From assembly GCA_044229975.1 (NCBI GenBank), contig JBGARZ010000001.1:96001-160000 (forward strand): a DNA stretch of 64,000 nt, written 5' to 3'. Every line of letters starts with the position of its first letter. Positions within the stretch are counted from its first letter, which is position 1. The DNA is from Polyangiales bacterium (lineage in GTDB: Bacteria > Myxococcota_A > Polyangia > Polyangiales > Ga0077539). Shown here in pieces: positions 44,338 through 56,678 of this stretch. Under the pieces are notes generated by a model, which was not told the DNA's origin, did no database searches, and saw only the letters and a list, made by a program, of their open reading frames with translations. Position numbers and translations under genes: made by a program.

Positions 44338-46755
44338 ATGCGGCTCCCTTCCCCTGTTCTCGTCGCGCTCCTCTCGTCGCTCTCGCTGAGCCCGGCCGCG
44401 GCGCTCGCGCAGACCTTCTGCTTCACGCCGACCACGACCGCGGCGCCCACCACCCACGTCACCGCCGCCCTCAACGACCGCTTCCGCAGCCACGCGGAGT
44501 GTCGGTACGGCGTCAGGACCGTCACGGGCGCGGTGCTTCATGAGGTCGGCGCCCTCCCGGACGGCGAGCGCGACCTCGCGACCTTCCTGCGCGACGCGGG
44601 CCTTCCTCCCGAGCGCCGCGACCTCGCGGCCGACCTCGAAGTGTTCGCGCTCCCGGCTGCCGTCGCCGGGCGTGACGCGCCGCCCGCGCAGACCCTCGCG
44701 CTGCGCCCGTGCCTCGCCCACCTTGGCGAAGGCACCACCGCCGTCGCCTTCGAGCGCACCGCCTCGCGCGACCTGCGACTCACCGCGCCCCGCATCACCT
44801 CGTGCCCGACCGAAAACGTCGACCTCCTCGTGGTCGATGGCTCCGACGCCGCGACGCTGCTCACCGCGACCGCGGGCGCCCGCATGCTCGCGCTCGGCGG
44901 CGGTCAGACGGTGGATGTTCCCGGCTCGGTGACGGCGGCGGGCATCTATCTGCGGCGCCGCGGCAGCGAGCTCGCGCTGCGCGTCGACAGCATGCGCTTC
45001 GGCGACCCGCAGACTCCTCTCCAGCGGCTCTTCTCCGAGGGCACCGGCCGGTGGTTCGACACCGACTGGCAGCGCGGCGAGCTGCGCCTCACGCCACGCG
45101 CCGACGTCTTCTCCCGCGACCCCATGCGCTGGAACGAGCTCGTCACCGCCTCCGCCGCCTCCGCCCTCGTGGTCGCCGGGGTGCCCGATCGCGACGGCTC
45201 GGCGCTCACCTTCGCGGCGCGCGTCGACCGCGACGGCACCGCACTCACGGTCCCCGACGAGGCCGTGCGCAGCGTGATGCGACGTCGCTACGGCGTCCCT
45301 GGTGGCGCGATGGCGCCCGACCGCCACGACTGGTCCGAGGTGCTCTCCGCGCTGCGCCTCTGCCACGCGAGCCGCTACACCGCGGCGCCCACCCGCAACG
45401 CCCGCGCGACGCCCGCCGAGCTCGCGGCACTACGCTGCGTGGCCCTCGCGCAGGTCGCGCCGCTCACGGTCACGGGCGTCCCCGACGCCTTCACGCTGGA
45501 GCGACACCTCGACGTCATCACCCGCGCCGACGGCCATGTCGGGGTGACGCAGGCGAGCGCTGGCGAGGTCGAGCGCATCGCGATGGAGGCCGAGGCCCCC
45601 GCACAGATCGCCACCGTCGGCGACCGCGTGCTCGCGCCCGACGCGCTGCCTGCCGGGTCGCGCATGGTGCTCTGCCCCACTGGGGACACGCAGGGGTCGC
45701 GTGAAGGCATCGCCCTCGACGCGCGTGGATCGCACACCTTCGACGAGCACGCCGCGGGTCTGTGGCAGGTGGTGATGCGCCCCGCTGACGACACCCGCTG
45801 CGCGCCGCAGGACCTCGCCCTCGCCCGCATCGCCGTGCTGCGTCCGCGCGACGCGTGGCTGCCCGCGGGCCTCGTCGATCACGGCTCGATGTCGCTCACC
45901 GACCCGTGGGCCGCGGTGCCCGGCGCGGGTGATGACACCTTCGCGTTCACCGCGCGCTCGGGCGAACCGGAGTGGCGCCTCTCCGCGAGCCCCGACGTCA
46001 CCGCGGCCATCAACGCATACACCGCCGTCACCACCGACCCCACGCACGCGGCCGACGACGCCCCGCGGGTCAACCGCGTCATCCCCACGCGGCTGCGCGT
46101 CGAGCCCGACGTCCACGCGCCGGGGCGTAGCGCGCTCGTCGTGTTGCTCGCCGACGGCGACACCTGCCCCCGAACGCCCGCCGACCTCATCCCCAACCTG
46201 CGCTCGCTGCCCGCCGAGGGCAGCGTGCACGCCTTCCTCGCCACCGAGCGTGCGCCCGACGCCGCGGGCCGGCGCTTCACCTGCCTCGCCCGCGCGCGCC
46301 TCCGCTCGACGCCTCCGCTGCTTCACCGCAGCGCCGACGCGGGGCCTTTCTACTTCCGTTGGGGTCTGCCGGGGAGCGTCGAGCTCCGCGCGCAGTACGA
46401 GCTCAACTCCGACTGCCGCGGCGGCGACTGCGTCTCCATCGGCGTCGCCGCGCCGCTCATCTACGCCCGCGTCTCGCCGCGCGCTCGCGTGATGTCGTGG
46501 CTCACCCTCGACGTGTCCATCCCCGTCATGGTGCTCGCCTCGCCCGGCAACGGCCGCGCGCTCCACACCGGAACCGGCCTCGACTTCACGCTCTCCGGCG
46601 GGCCCTTCGCCATCCCGCGCATGATCAGCTTCGGCGTGCTCATCCAGCCCACGGCGCTCGGCGTCGCGCAGTCGTACTCCGACGACGCGGTGAACATCGC
46701 GCTCCACCTCGGCGTGAACCTCAACTCCTTCTTCGACTTCCTCCGGGGGCTGTGA
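44338..46755 (+). CDS. Hypothetical secreted protein, 12 Cys, with a putative C-terminal beta-barrel
   Basis: Sec signal (AAALA-Q), GC3-typical codon use over 805 aa, and C-terminal amphipathic strands. Confidence 0.65.
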   Translation: MRLPSPVLVALLSSLSLSPAAALAQTFCFTPTTTAAPTTHVTAALNDRFRSHAECRYGVRTVTGAVLHEVGALPDGERDLATFLRDAGLPPERRDLAADLEVFALPAAVAGRDAPPAQTLALRPCLAHLGEGTTAVAFERTASRDLRLTAPRITSCPTENVDLLVVDGSDAATLLTATAGARMLALGGGQTVDVPGSVTAAGIYLRRRGSELALRVDSMRFGDPQTPLQRLFSEGTGRWFDTDWQRGELRLTPRADVFSRDPMRWNELVTASAASALVVAGVPDRDGSALTFAARVDRDGTALTVPDEAVRSVMRRRYGVPGGAMAPDRHDWSEVLSALRLCHASRYTAAPTRNARATPAELAALRCVALAQVAPLTVTGVPDAFTLERHLDVITRADGHVGVTQASAGEVERIAMEAEAPAQIATVGDRVLAPDALPAGSRMVLCPTGDTQGSREGIALDARGSHTFDEHAAGLWQVVMRPADDTRCAPQDLALARIAVLRPRDAWLPAGLVDHGSMSLTDPWAAVPGAGDDTFAFTARSGEPEWRLSASPDVTAAINAYTAVTTDPTHAADDAPRVNRVIPTRLRVEPDVHAPGRSALVVLLADGDTCPRTPADLIPNLRSLPAEGSVHAFLATERAPDAAGRRFTCLARARLRSTPPLLHRSADAGPFYFRWGLPGSVELRAQYELNSDCRGGDCVSIGVAAPLIYARVSPRARVMSWLTLDVSIPVMVLASPGNGRALHTGTGLDFTLSGGPFAIPRMISFGVLIQPTALGVAQSYSDDAVNIALHLGVNLNSFFDFLRGL

Positions 46756-47885
46756 TGGCGATGCGCCGCTCCACCCTCCTCGCCGTGCTCGCCCTCGGCT
46801 GCGCGCCGCCCGCGTTCTCGCGCCCCCCTGAAGCCCCCGCCTACCCCGCGCGCACCGCCGCGCGCACCGCCGCCGACCCGACCGCCCCGCGCACCCGCGT
46901 CGACGAGGCCCAACGAACGCTCCACCAGCGCGTCCCCGCCGCCGTGGCGATGCTGCGCGACTCCATCGAGCGCATCGTGTCGCAGCTCGGCGAGCAGTGC
47001 GTGCCGCGCAACCCCGACGGCGACGGCCTCCACTGGCAGGTGTCGTGCGCCACCGAGACCCTCTTCGGCCTCGGCGAGTTCGAGCCGCGCAACGACGCCG
47101 TCCTCGAACGCTGGCGCCTCGTGGGCCAGACCCTCGCGCAGCTCCAGCTCAACGCCAGCACCGACGCGCGCTCGCTCCGCGTCGCCATCTCCGGCTTCGC
47201 CGACCACGTGCAGTTCGCCGCCGACCACCCCTGCGCCGACCTCGCCACCTTCTGGAACGCCACCATCCCGCCCACCACCGACAACCCCGGCCGCAACGCG
47301 CAGCTCTCGTTCTGCCGCGCGGCGCGCATGGCCCGCGAGATCGCGTGCGCCTCGCTGCCCGCCGGTCGTTGCACCTCGGCCGCCCTCGCCGCGCGGCCCG
47401 CGCTCGCCTTCGCCGTCTTCGGCGGCAGCACCTCCGCGCTCGATCAGACGCGCTCGCCCGAGCGCTTCACCACGCCGGTCACGCTGACCGGGTCGGGTAT
47501 CACCCGCTGCGCCTGCCAGCGCTTCGGGCGCGAGCAGTACGGTCCGCCCGTTCCGCCGGGCGTCACCTTCGCGGCGTGTCCGGTCGAGCCCGAGCGCCTC
47601 TTCGAGTGCGAGGATGCTCGCCGCGTCGAGCTCGACGTGTGGCTCGACGTCGACCCACGAACGCCCTCCAACACCTGCCGCGCCGAGTCGAGCGACCCCA
47701 ACGCGCTCGCCCTGCTCTGCTACCAGGACGCCTGGCAGGCGCTCTCGCACCAGAGCGCTCTCCCTCGTCCGCGCACCACCGTGGTCACCGACGCGTGCAC
47801 CACGCCCAATCCCCTCAACTGGATCGAAGGCCGCGCCCGCAACGCCACGCGCCCCTGCGCGGCCGAGGTCACCCTCTCGCGATGA
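46755..47885 (+). CDS. Cys-rich lipoprotein with a divergent OmpA/MotB-like domain
   Basis: Lipobox LALGC; TLFGLG, ISGFAD, NAQLSFCRA and RRVELDV match the OmpA-like motif order; start overlaps the upstream stop. Confidence 0.6.
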   Translation: MAMRRSTLLAVLALGCAPPAFSRPPEAPAYPARTAARTAADPTAPRTRVDEAQRTLHQRVPAAVAMLRDSIERIVSQLGEQCVPRNPDGDGLHWQVSCATETLFGLGEFEPRNDAVLERWRLVGQTLAQLQLNASTDARSLRVAISGFADHVQFAADHPCADLATFWNATIPPTTDNPGRNAQLSFCRAARMAREIACASLPAGRCTSAALAARPALAFAVFGGSTSALDQTRSPERFTTPVTLTGSGITRCACQRFGREQYGPPVPPGVTFAACPVEPERLFECEDARRVELDVWLDVDPRTPSNTCRAESSDPNALALLCYQDAWQALSHQSALPRPRTTVVTDACTTPNPLNWIEGRARNATRPCAAEVTLSR

Positions 47886-49054
47886 CCTCCCCCGACCTCG
47901 CCTCGCTGCTCGCTCCCTTTCCCGTCGCGGACTTCGTGGAGCGTCACTGGGAGAAGCGCTCGCTCTACGTGCAGGGCGCGCGCGGTCGCTTCGCCGACGT
48001 CTTCGATCGGGAGCGCTTTCTCGCGGCGGCGCGGCAGCCCCGCGGCGCTCACTCAGGCGACCCGCGGCGGCTGCGGGCGGGCTTTCGCGACGCGCACGGC
48101 GAGCACGCGGAGCTGGGCATCACGGCCGCGCAGGTGGAGCCGCTGCTCAAGGCGGGCATGACGGTGCAGGTCGAGTGGCTGCACGAGAGCGACCCGGTGC
48201 TGGGCGCGTTCGTGGACGAGGTGCGACGCGCGCTGCGGGTGCCGGTGACCATCGACGTCGCGGGCTTCCTGTCGCCCGAGGGGTCAGGCTACGGGCTGCA
48301 CTTCGACACCACGTCGATGCTGGTGCTCCAGCTCCAGGGAACCAAGCGCTGGCACTTCGCGGCGGAGCCCGCCGTGGCACGGCCGGTGAGCAACGTGATC
48401 CCCGACGCGGCGGCTCGTGCGTCCGGCATCCACGGCTTTCGTGAGTCCGACCTCACGGTGCAGGAGCTCGCTCCCGGCGATGCGCTCTTCCTGCCGGCGG
48501 GCGCGTGGCACCACGTGAAGGCGACGAGCGAGTCGCTGCACATCTGCCTCACCATCCGACCGGTGGACGTGCTCGACCTCGCGCACGATCTCCTGCTCGA
48601 CGACCTGCTCGAAGACGTCGCTTGGCGTTCGTTGCCCGAGCGACCCGGCACCGAGGACGAGGCGTACTTCGCCGCGCGGCTGGAGGCGCTGCGCGCTGCG
48701 GTGCAACGACTCACGCCCGCGATGCTCCACGACGCGTGGCGCGCGCGTGCCGGTGATGACGGCGACGAGGCTCCGGGAATCGAGCCCGGTGACGTGCTGG
48801 AGCACGCGGCGCCCATCCGCTGGCGACGCGCGACGGTGGAGGGCGAGGCGGCGGTGCAGATCCTCCGCGACGCCGAGGTCATCGGGACGATGCCGCGACA
48901 CGCAGAGGCGTTTCTGTTGAAGCTGAAGGCGACGCCGCGCTTCCGCGCCGACGAGGCGAGGCAGTGGGTGAAGGACTATCCCTGGGCGGACGTCGCGATG
49001 CTGCTGGGGGAGTTCTTGTCGCTGGGAATGCTGAGGCGGGAGAGGGAGCTGTAG
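47882..49054 (+). CDS. JmjC/cupin-4 family Fe(II)/2-oxoglutarate oxygenase (YcfD/RoxA-like)
   Basis: F..HWEKR, HFD, LQLQGTKRW and L.PGDALFLPAGAWH (HxD...H triad); ATGA overlap with the upstream gene. Confidence 0.85.
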   Translation: MTSPDLASLLAPFPVADFVERHWEKRSLYVQGARGRFADVFDRERFLAAARQPRGAHSGDPRRLRAGFRDAHGEHAELGITAAQVEPLLKAGMTVQVEWLHESDPVLGAFVDEVRRALRVPVTIDVAGFLSPEGSGYGLHFDTTSMLVLQLQGTKRWHFAAEPAVARPVSNVIPDAAARASGIHGFRESDLTVQELAPGDALFLPAGAWHHVKATSESLHICLTIRPVDVLDLAHDLLLDDLLEDVAWRSLPERPGTEDEAYFAARLEALRAAVQRLTPAMLHDAWRARAGDDGDEAPGIEPGDVLEHAAPIRWRRATVEGEAAVQILRDAEVIGTMPRHAEAFLLKLKATPRFRADEARQWVKDYPWADVAMLLGEFLSLGMLRREREL

Positions 49055-49108
49055 CGGATTCCGGCGTCCTCACGGCCGCCGGTTCCTCGGAGTGCGCTCA
49101 GCTCGGGG

Positions 49109-50275
<1,167 letters not shown>

Positions 50276-50295
50276 CTGGTTGTCTCCGTTCTCTC

Positions 50296-52665
<2,370 letters not shown>

Positions 52666-52999
52666 GCACGAAACTCCTTCGACGCATTGGTGGGGTTTGA
52701 TCCTCGAACGAGGCCCCTTACGAAGCGCGGGAGTCTGGTACCTCGACCTCACCCCGACAAGCCACTCCGGCCGCCGCGCCGCACCCCAGAAAGAGCCCTG
52801 CGACCCACGCAACCAGGTGACGAAGCCCCGTGAAGGCTCAAGAGAATTTGCTTGACACCTGAAATCGTCGGTCGACCCTTGACGCGCACGTCGAAGGGTG
52901 GACGTGGCGAATGCGACAGTGCTATGGCAGCCCCGGAAGTCGTCGCGATCCGCGGCTTCCACGAATCATTGGTGCATGGGGATCGGTGTGGAGAGTTCC

Positions 53000-53761
53000 A
53001 TGGCGAAGGCAAAGGCGAGCAGCGCGAAGCGCGGAAAGCCGACCGTGAAGGCACGTCCCGCTCCCGCGAAGTCGGCGAAGCCCGCGAAGTCGGTGAAGTC
53101 CACCAAGGCAGCGCCCGCGAAGTCGGCGAAGCCCACCAAGGCAGCGCCGCTCGCGAAGGCGACGAAGCCCACGAAGGCTGCTCCGGCCGCGAAGCCTGCG
53201 AAGGCGGCGGCTCCGGCGGCTCCCCCGGTGAGCGCACCCTACGAGAGCCCGGAAGGGTCGTCGGGCATCTCCATCAAGAAGAAGAAGGTGAAGCGCGGCG
53301 CGCCCCCGATGCTGCCGCGTCGTCTGGCCCGTCGGCCCCTGCCCTCGCCGGGCACGCCGCCGCCGCCGCCGAAGGCCACGCAGCCGGGCTCGCTGCACGC
53401 GCAGGCTCGGTCGCCCGACGGCGCCGAGGGTCTGAAGGTGCGGCTCATGGCGGTCATCAACCTCCTCGGCAAGCTCCGCGGGCTCAAGCGCTCGCTGGTG
53501 AAGCAGTTCTGGGAGGCGGGTCTCATCCTCGCCGAGCTGTCGCGTCCAGAGCTCTACCAGTCCAAGGGCTACGGCTCCTGGGAGTCCTTCGTGGAGCGTG
53601 AAATCGAGCGTGAGCTCACCATCGGCCGCACCACCGCCGAAGAGCTTCGCCGCATCGTCCGACTCTTCCAGCGCGAGGCCGCCGAAGAGCTCGGCTTCGA
53701 GCGCCTGCGCGGCGCCCTCAAGACCCTCTACCCCGAGCCAGGCTCCTCGACGGTGGCCTGA
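53000..53761 (+). CDS. Putative nucleoid-associated protein: histone-H1-like Lys/Ala/Pro repeats plus C-terminal helical domain
   Basis: PAKSAKPAKS/KAAP repeats; C-terminal FWEAG.IL.....LY...GY.SW..F.ERE...IGRTTA segment. Confidence 0.7.
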   Translation: MAKAKASSAKRGKPTVKARPAPAKSAKPAKSVKSTKAAPAKSAKPTKAAPLAKATKPTKAAPAAKPAKAAAPAAPPVSAPYESPEGSSGISIKKKKVKRGAPPMLPRRLARRPLPSPGTPPPPPKATQPGSLHAQARSPDGAEGLKVRLMAVINLLGKLRGLKRSLVKQFWEAGLILAELSRPELYQSKGYGSWESFVEREIERELTIGRTTAEELRRIVRLFQREAAEELGFERLRGALKTLYPEPGSSTVA

Positions 53762-53767
53762 TCGCTC

Positions 53768-55081
53768 GTGCTCGCGCTGTTCGTTACCGCGGTCTTCGTC
53801 CTCATCAATGGGTTCTTCGTCGCGGCCGAGTTTGCGCTCGTCAAACTCCGCGCGACACAGCTCGAGCGCATCTCCAAGCGCACTGATCCCTCCGCCCGCG
53901 CCCTCGTCGACATCTTCTCCAAGCTGGAGAGCTACCTCTCCGCCACGCAGCTCGGTATCACCCTCGCCTCCCTCGGCCTCGGCTGGGTCGGCGAGCCCGC
54001 CATCGCTCACCTGCTCGAAGCCCTCGCCCACGCGGTCCGCATCCATCCGGGCCGCGCTCTGCACTCCGTCGCCTTCGTGCTCGGCTTCAGCGCGCTGACC
54101 GCCGCGCACATCATCTTCGGCGAGCAGGCCCCCAAGCTGGTCGCCATCGCGCAGGCCGAGAAGCTCTCGCTGCTGGTGGCGCGCCCGCTGCGGTGGTTCT
54201 ACATCGCGACGTACCCGGCGCTGAGGGCCATCGACGTGGGCTCGTCGGTGCTCTTGCGCCTCGCGGGCTTCGGCCGGCTCCACGAGAGCGAAGGGTCGCT
54301 CTCCGAAGAGGAGGTGCTCGGGATGATGACCCAGGCGTACGCCAAGGGTCGGCTCTCGCAGCAGAAGCGCCAGCTGCTCGAGCGCATGGTGCGCTTCACC
54401 GAGGGCACCGCGCGCAGCGTGATGGTGCCGCGCCTCGACGTCACCTGGATCGACGCCGACATGGACGTCATCGCCGCCGTCGTGCGGATGCGAGCGTCAG
54501 GCTTCACGCGCTACCCGCTGGTGGAGGGCGGCGACCTCGACAAGGTCGTCGGGTACGTCCACTTCAAGGACGTCATCCACGAGGCCGAGGCGCCCGCCTC
54601 GTTGCGATCGATCATGCGCGAGCTGCTGGTGGTCCCGGAGAGCAAGGGGCTCTTCGACCTGATGCGCGAGATGCAGCACACGCAGCGCCCGATGGCCCTG
54701 GTGGTCGACGAGTACGGCGGCACCAGCGGGGTGCTCACGCTCGAAGACGTGCTGGAGGAGATCGTCGGCGAGATTCGCGACGAGCACGACAAGGAGCACG
54801 AGTCGCCGACGGTGGAGGTGCGCGGCGACGGCATCGTGGTGGCGGGCGGCCGGGTGACGCTCAATGACCTCGAAGCGCGCGGCGTCAACCTGGGCGACCT
54901 CGACGCCGAGACGCTGGCGGGCGCGGTGGTCGAGCGCCTCGGACGGCTGGCGCGCGCGGGCGACACGGTGCGCTTCGGCGACTGGGAGGCGCGGGTCGAG
55001 CAGGTGCGTCGGCGGCGCGTCGAGCGCGTGGTGCTGAAGGCGAAGTCGACGTCGCATCGACCGCACGCCAACGATGACTGA
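53768..55081 (+). CDS. Hemolysin-family / CNNM transporter with CBS pair and CorC domain
   Basis: NGFFVAAEFALV, QLGITLASLGLG, FGEQAPK, VMVPR and VVDEYGGTSG..TLEDVLEEIVGEIRDE. Confidence 0.93.
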   Translation: MLALFVTAVFVLINGFFVAAEFALVKLRATQLERISKRTDPSARALVDIFSKLESYLSATQLGITLASLGLGWVGEPAIAHLLEALAHAVRIHPGRALHSVAFVLGFSALTAAHIIFGEQAPKLVAIAQAEKLSLLVARPLRWFYIATYPALRAIDVGSSVLLRLAGFGRLHESEGSLSEEEVLGMMTQAYAKGRLSQQKRQLLERMVRFTEGTARSVMVPRLDVTWIDADMDVIAAVVRMRASGFTRYPLVEGGDLDKVVGYVHFKDVIHEAEAPASLRSIMRELLVVPESKGLFDLMREMQHTQRPMALVVDEYGGTSGVLTLEDVLEEIVGEIRDEHDKEHESPTVEVRGDGIVVAGGRVTLNDLEARGVNLGDLDAETLAGAVVERLGRLARAGDTVRFGDWEARVEQVRRRRVERVVLKAKSTSHRPHANDD

Positions 55082-55084
55082 TCG

Positions 55085-55891
55085 TCACTCCGCGGGGCGG
55101 GCGTCTTCGGTCACGTCGCGCAGATCGTCCTCCGGTGGAACGGGCTCGCCGCGGGCCCCGACGGTCCATGACACCGCCTCGGTGCGAACGTCGATGTGGA
55201 CGAAGTTGCCGCGCGTAGAGAGGCCGCAGCCGACGTTGGCGATGCTGCGACAGAAGTCCCAGACCGTTCGCAGCGGGACGCCCTCGACGCGGAGGTCGAC
55301 CGCGTAGCCGAGGGCGTGGCGGTTGCGCGGCTCGTCGCGGCCACCGCGGTGCGGGCGATAGCCCGAGAGCACGGTGATGCGTCGGCCTCCGAAGCGGTTG
55401 CTGAGCGTCGGAAACACCTGCACCAGCCGCGGGTGGATGAGGTGCGTCGCCCCGACGCGCGACTGGAGCCAGCGCTCGACCCGCGCCCGTAGCATCGCTC
55501 CGCCCGCGCTGAAGTTGGTGGTGAGCTCGGCGCCATCGCGCGCGCGGACGAGGGTCACGACACCCGGCCGGTGCGATCCGCCCTCGGCGTCGGTGGCGAC
55601 CTCCTCGCGCGTGGGCAACGTCCGCAGCACCTCCTGGGGGACGCCTTCGGGGAGACGCAGCCGACGGCCCACGGCCAGGGGATACGGCGGGCGCAGGCTG
55701 TTGAGCGCGGCGAGCTCGCGCACCGGAACCTGCAACCGCGACGCGACGCGGGGCAGCGAGTCACCCGTGCGAACCACGTAGACCCGGTCACGGGCGGACA
55801 GCGGGGCGCGCGACCGCGGCTGCGCAGAGGCGGAGGTCGTGAGCGACGCCGCGCCGAGGGAGAGCACCAGGGTGAGCCACCGGGGAGTCAT
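55085..55891 (-). CDS. Secreted LysM plus YcbK/peptidase M15-like protein
   Basis: Signal peptide; LysM YVVRTGDSL..VA...N.L; SGYR...H..GYAVD...FVHIDVR zinc motifs. Confidence 0.85.
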   Translation of the reverse strand: MTPRWLTLVLSLGAASLTTSASAQPRSRAPLSARDRVYVVRTGDSLPRVASRLQVPVRELAALNSLRPPYPLAVGRRLRLPEGVPQEVLRTLPTREEVATDAEGGSHRPGVVTLVRARDGAELTTNFSAGGAMLRARVERWLQSRVGATHLIHPRLVQVFPTLSNRFGGRRITVLSGYRPHRGGRDEPRNRHALGYAVDLRVEGVPLRTVWDFCRSIANVGCGLSTRGNFVHIDVRTEAVSWTVGARGEPVPPEDDLRDVTEDARPAE

Positions 55892-55927
55892 CGCGGAGTG
55901 CGCCCTACCGGACAGGGCGCGGGGACG

Positions 55928-56125
55928 TCAACCGGGCTTGTCGGTGCGCTCGTCGGGCGCAGGCTTCACCGCGATGCGGTCGTCGTTGCGCAGCCCTCGG
56001 CGGAAGCTGCGCAGGAAGCCGCCGAGCGCGTCGCCGATGGGGTTCACCTTCGACGCCCCAAACACCACCGCCACCAGGATCAGGATGAACAACACCTCGC
56101 CGAGTCCCGGAGCGCGCATGCTCAT
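55928..56125 (-). CDS. tatA: Twin-arginine translocase TatA/TatE subunit
   Basis: GLGEVLFILILVAVVFGASK...LGGFLRSFRRGL: TM helix, FG hinge and amphipathic helix. Confidence 0.85.
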   Translation of the reverse strand: MSMRAPGLGEVLFILILVAVVFGASKVNPIGDALGGFLRSFRRGLRNDDRIAVKPAPDERTDKPG

Positions 56126-56189
56126 GGGCCTCGCATGGCCCGCGACGGGCCGCAAGGTCACTGCGGTGTTCTGTGCGAGTATGCGGGCG

Positions 56190-56669
56190 ATGCAGCTCTT
56201 CCTCATCCGCCACGGCGAGGCCGTCGACGCCGACGCCGCGACCCCCGACGGGTCACGCTGGCTCACCGCCCGAGGGCGCGCCGAGACCGCCACCGCCGCC
56301 ACCTGGCTACGCGCCGCACCGCCCGCGGTCCTGGTCACCTCACCCCTGGTGCGCGCCGCACAGACCGCCGAGGTGCTCGCCCACGCGCTTCTTCCCGCCG
56401 ACCCCGTCGCCGTGCTCGGTGCGCTCGCGACCGGCGATGTGTCCGCCATCATCCGCGCCATCACCGATCACCGCGGCCCTTCCCCCCTCGCGCTCGTCGG
56501 ACATGAGCCCACGCTCTCGCAGGTCGCTTCGACGTTGCTGGAGACCACCCGCTGGCCTGGCTTCGAGAAGTCGGCCGTCGCCTCCTTCGCACTCGACGCC
56601 GGGAAATGGCGCTTCGTCGAGATGTTTCTGCCGCGCTCGGGCCGCACCCTCGACCGCCTCACCCGCTGA
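56190..56669 (+). CDS. sixA: Phosphohistidine phosphatase SixA family
   Basis: LIRHGEA, LTARG, SPLVRAAQTA and LVGHEP. Confidence 0.88.
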   Translation: MQLFLIRHGEAVDADAATPDGSRWLTARGRAETATAATWLRAAPPAVLVTSPLVRAAQTAEVLAHALLPADPVAVLGALATGDVSAIIRAITDHRGPSPLALVGHEPTLSQVASTLLETTRWPGFEKSAVASFALDAGKWRFVEMFLPRSGRTLDRLTR

Positions 56670-56678
56670 CCCTTCGCG

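Noticed and set aside
49055..49108. Possible terminator between the convergent JmjC and thiolase genes
   Set aside because: Only a short GC stem (CCGGCG/CGCCGG) without a U-tract, which is not distinguishable from background at this GC content.
53040..53220. Short direct repeats here and at 63775-63829 as CRISPR-like arrays
   Set aside because: They lie within coding sequence, encode low-complexity peptide repeats and have no unique spacers; no cas genes are present.
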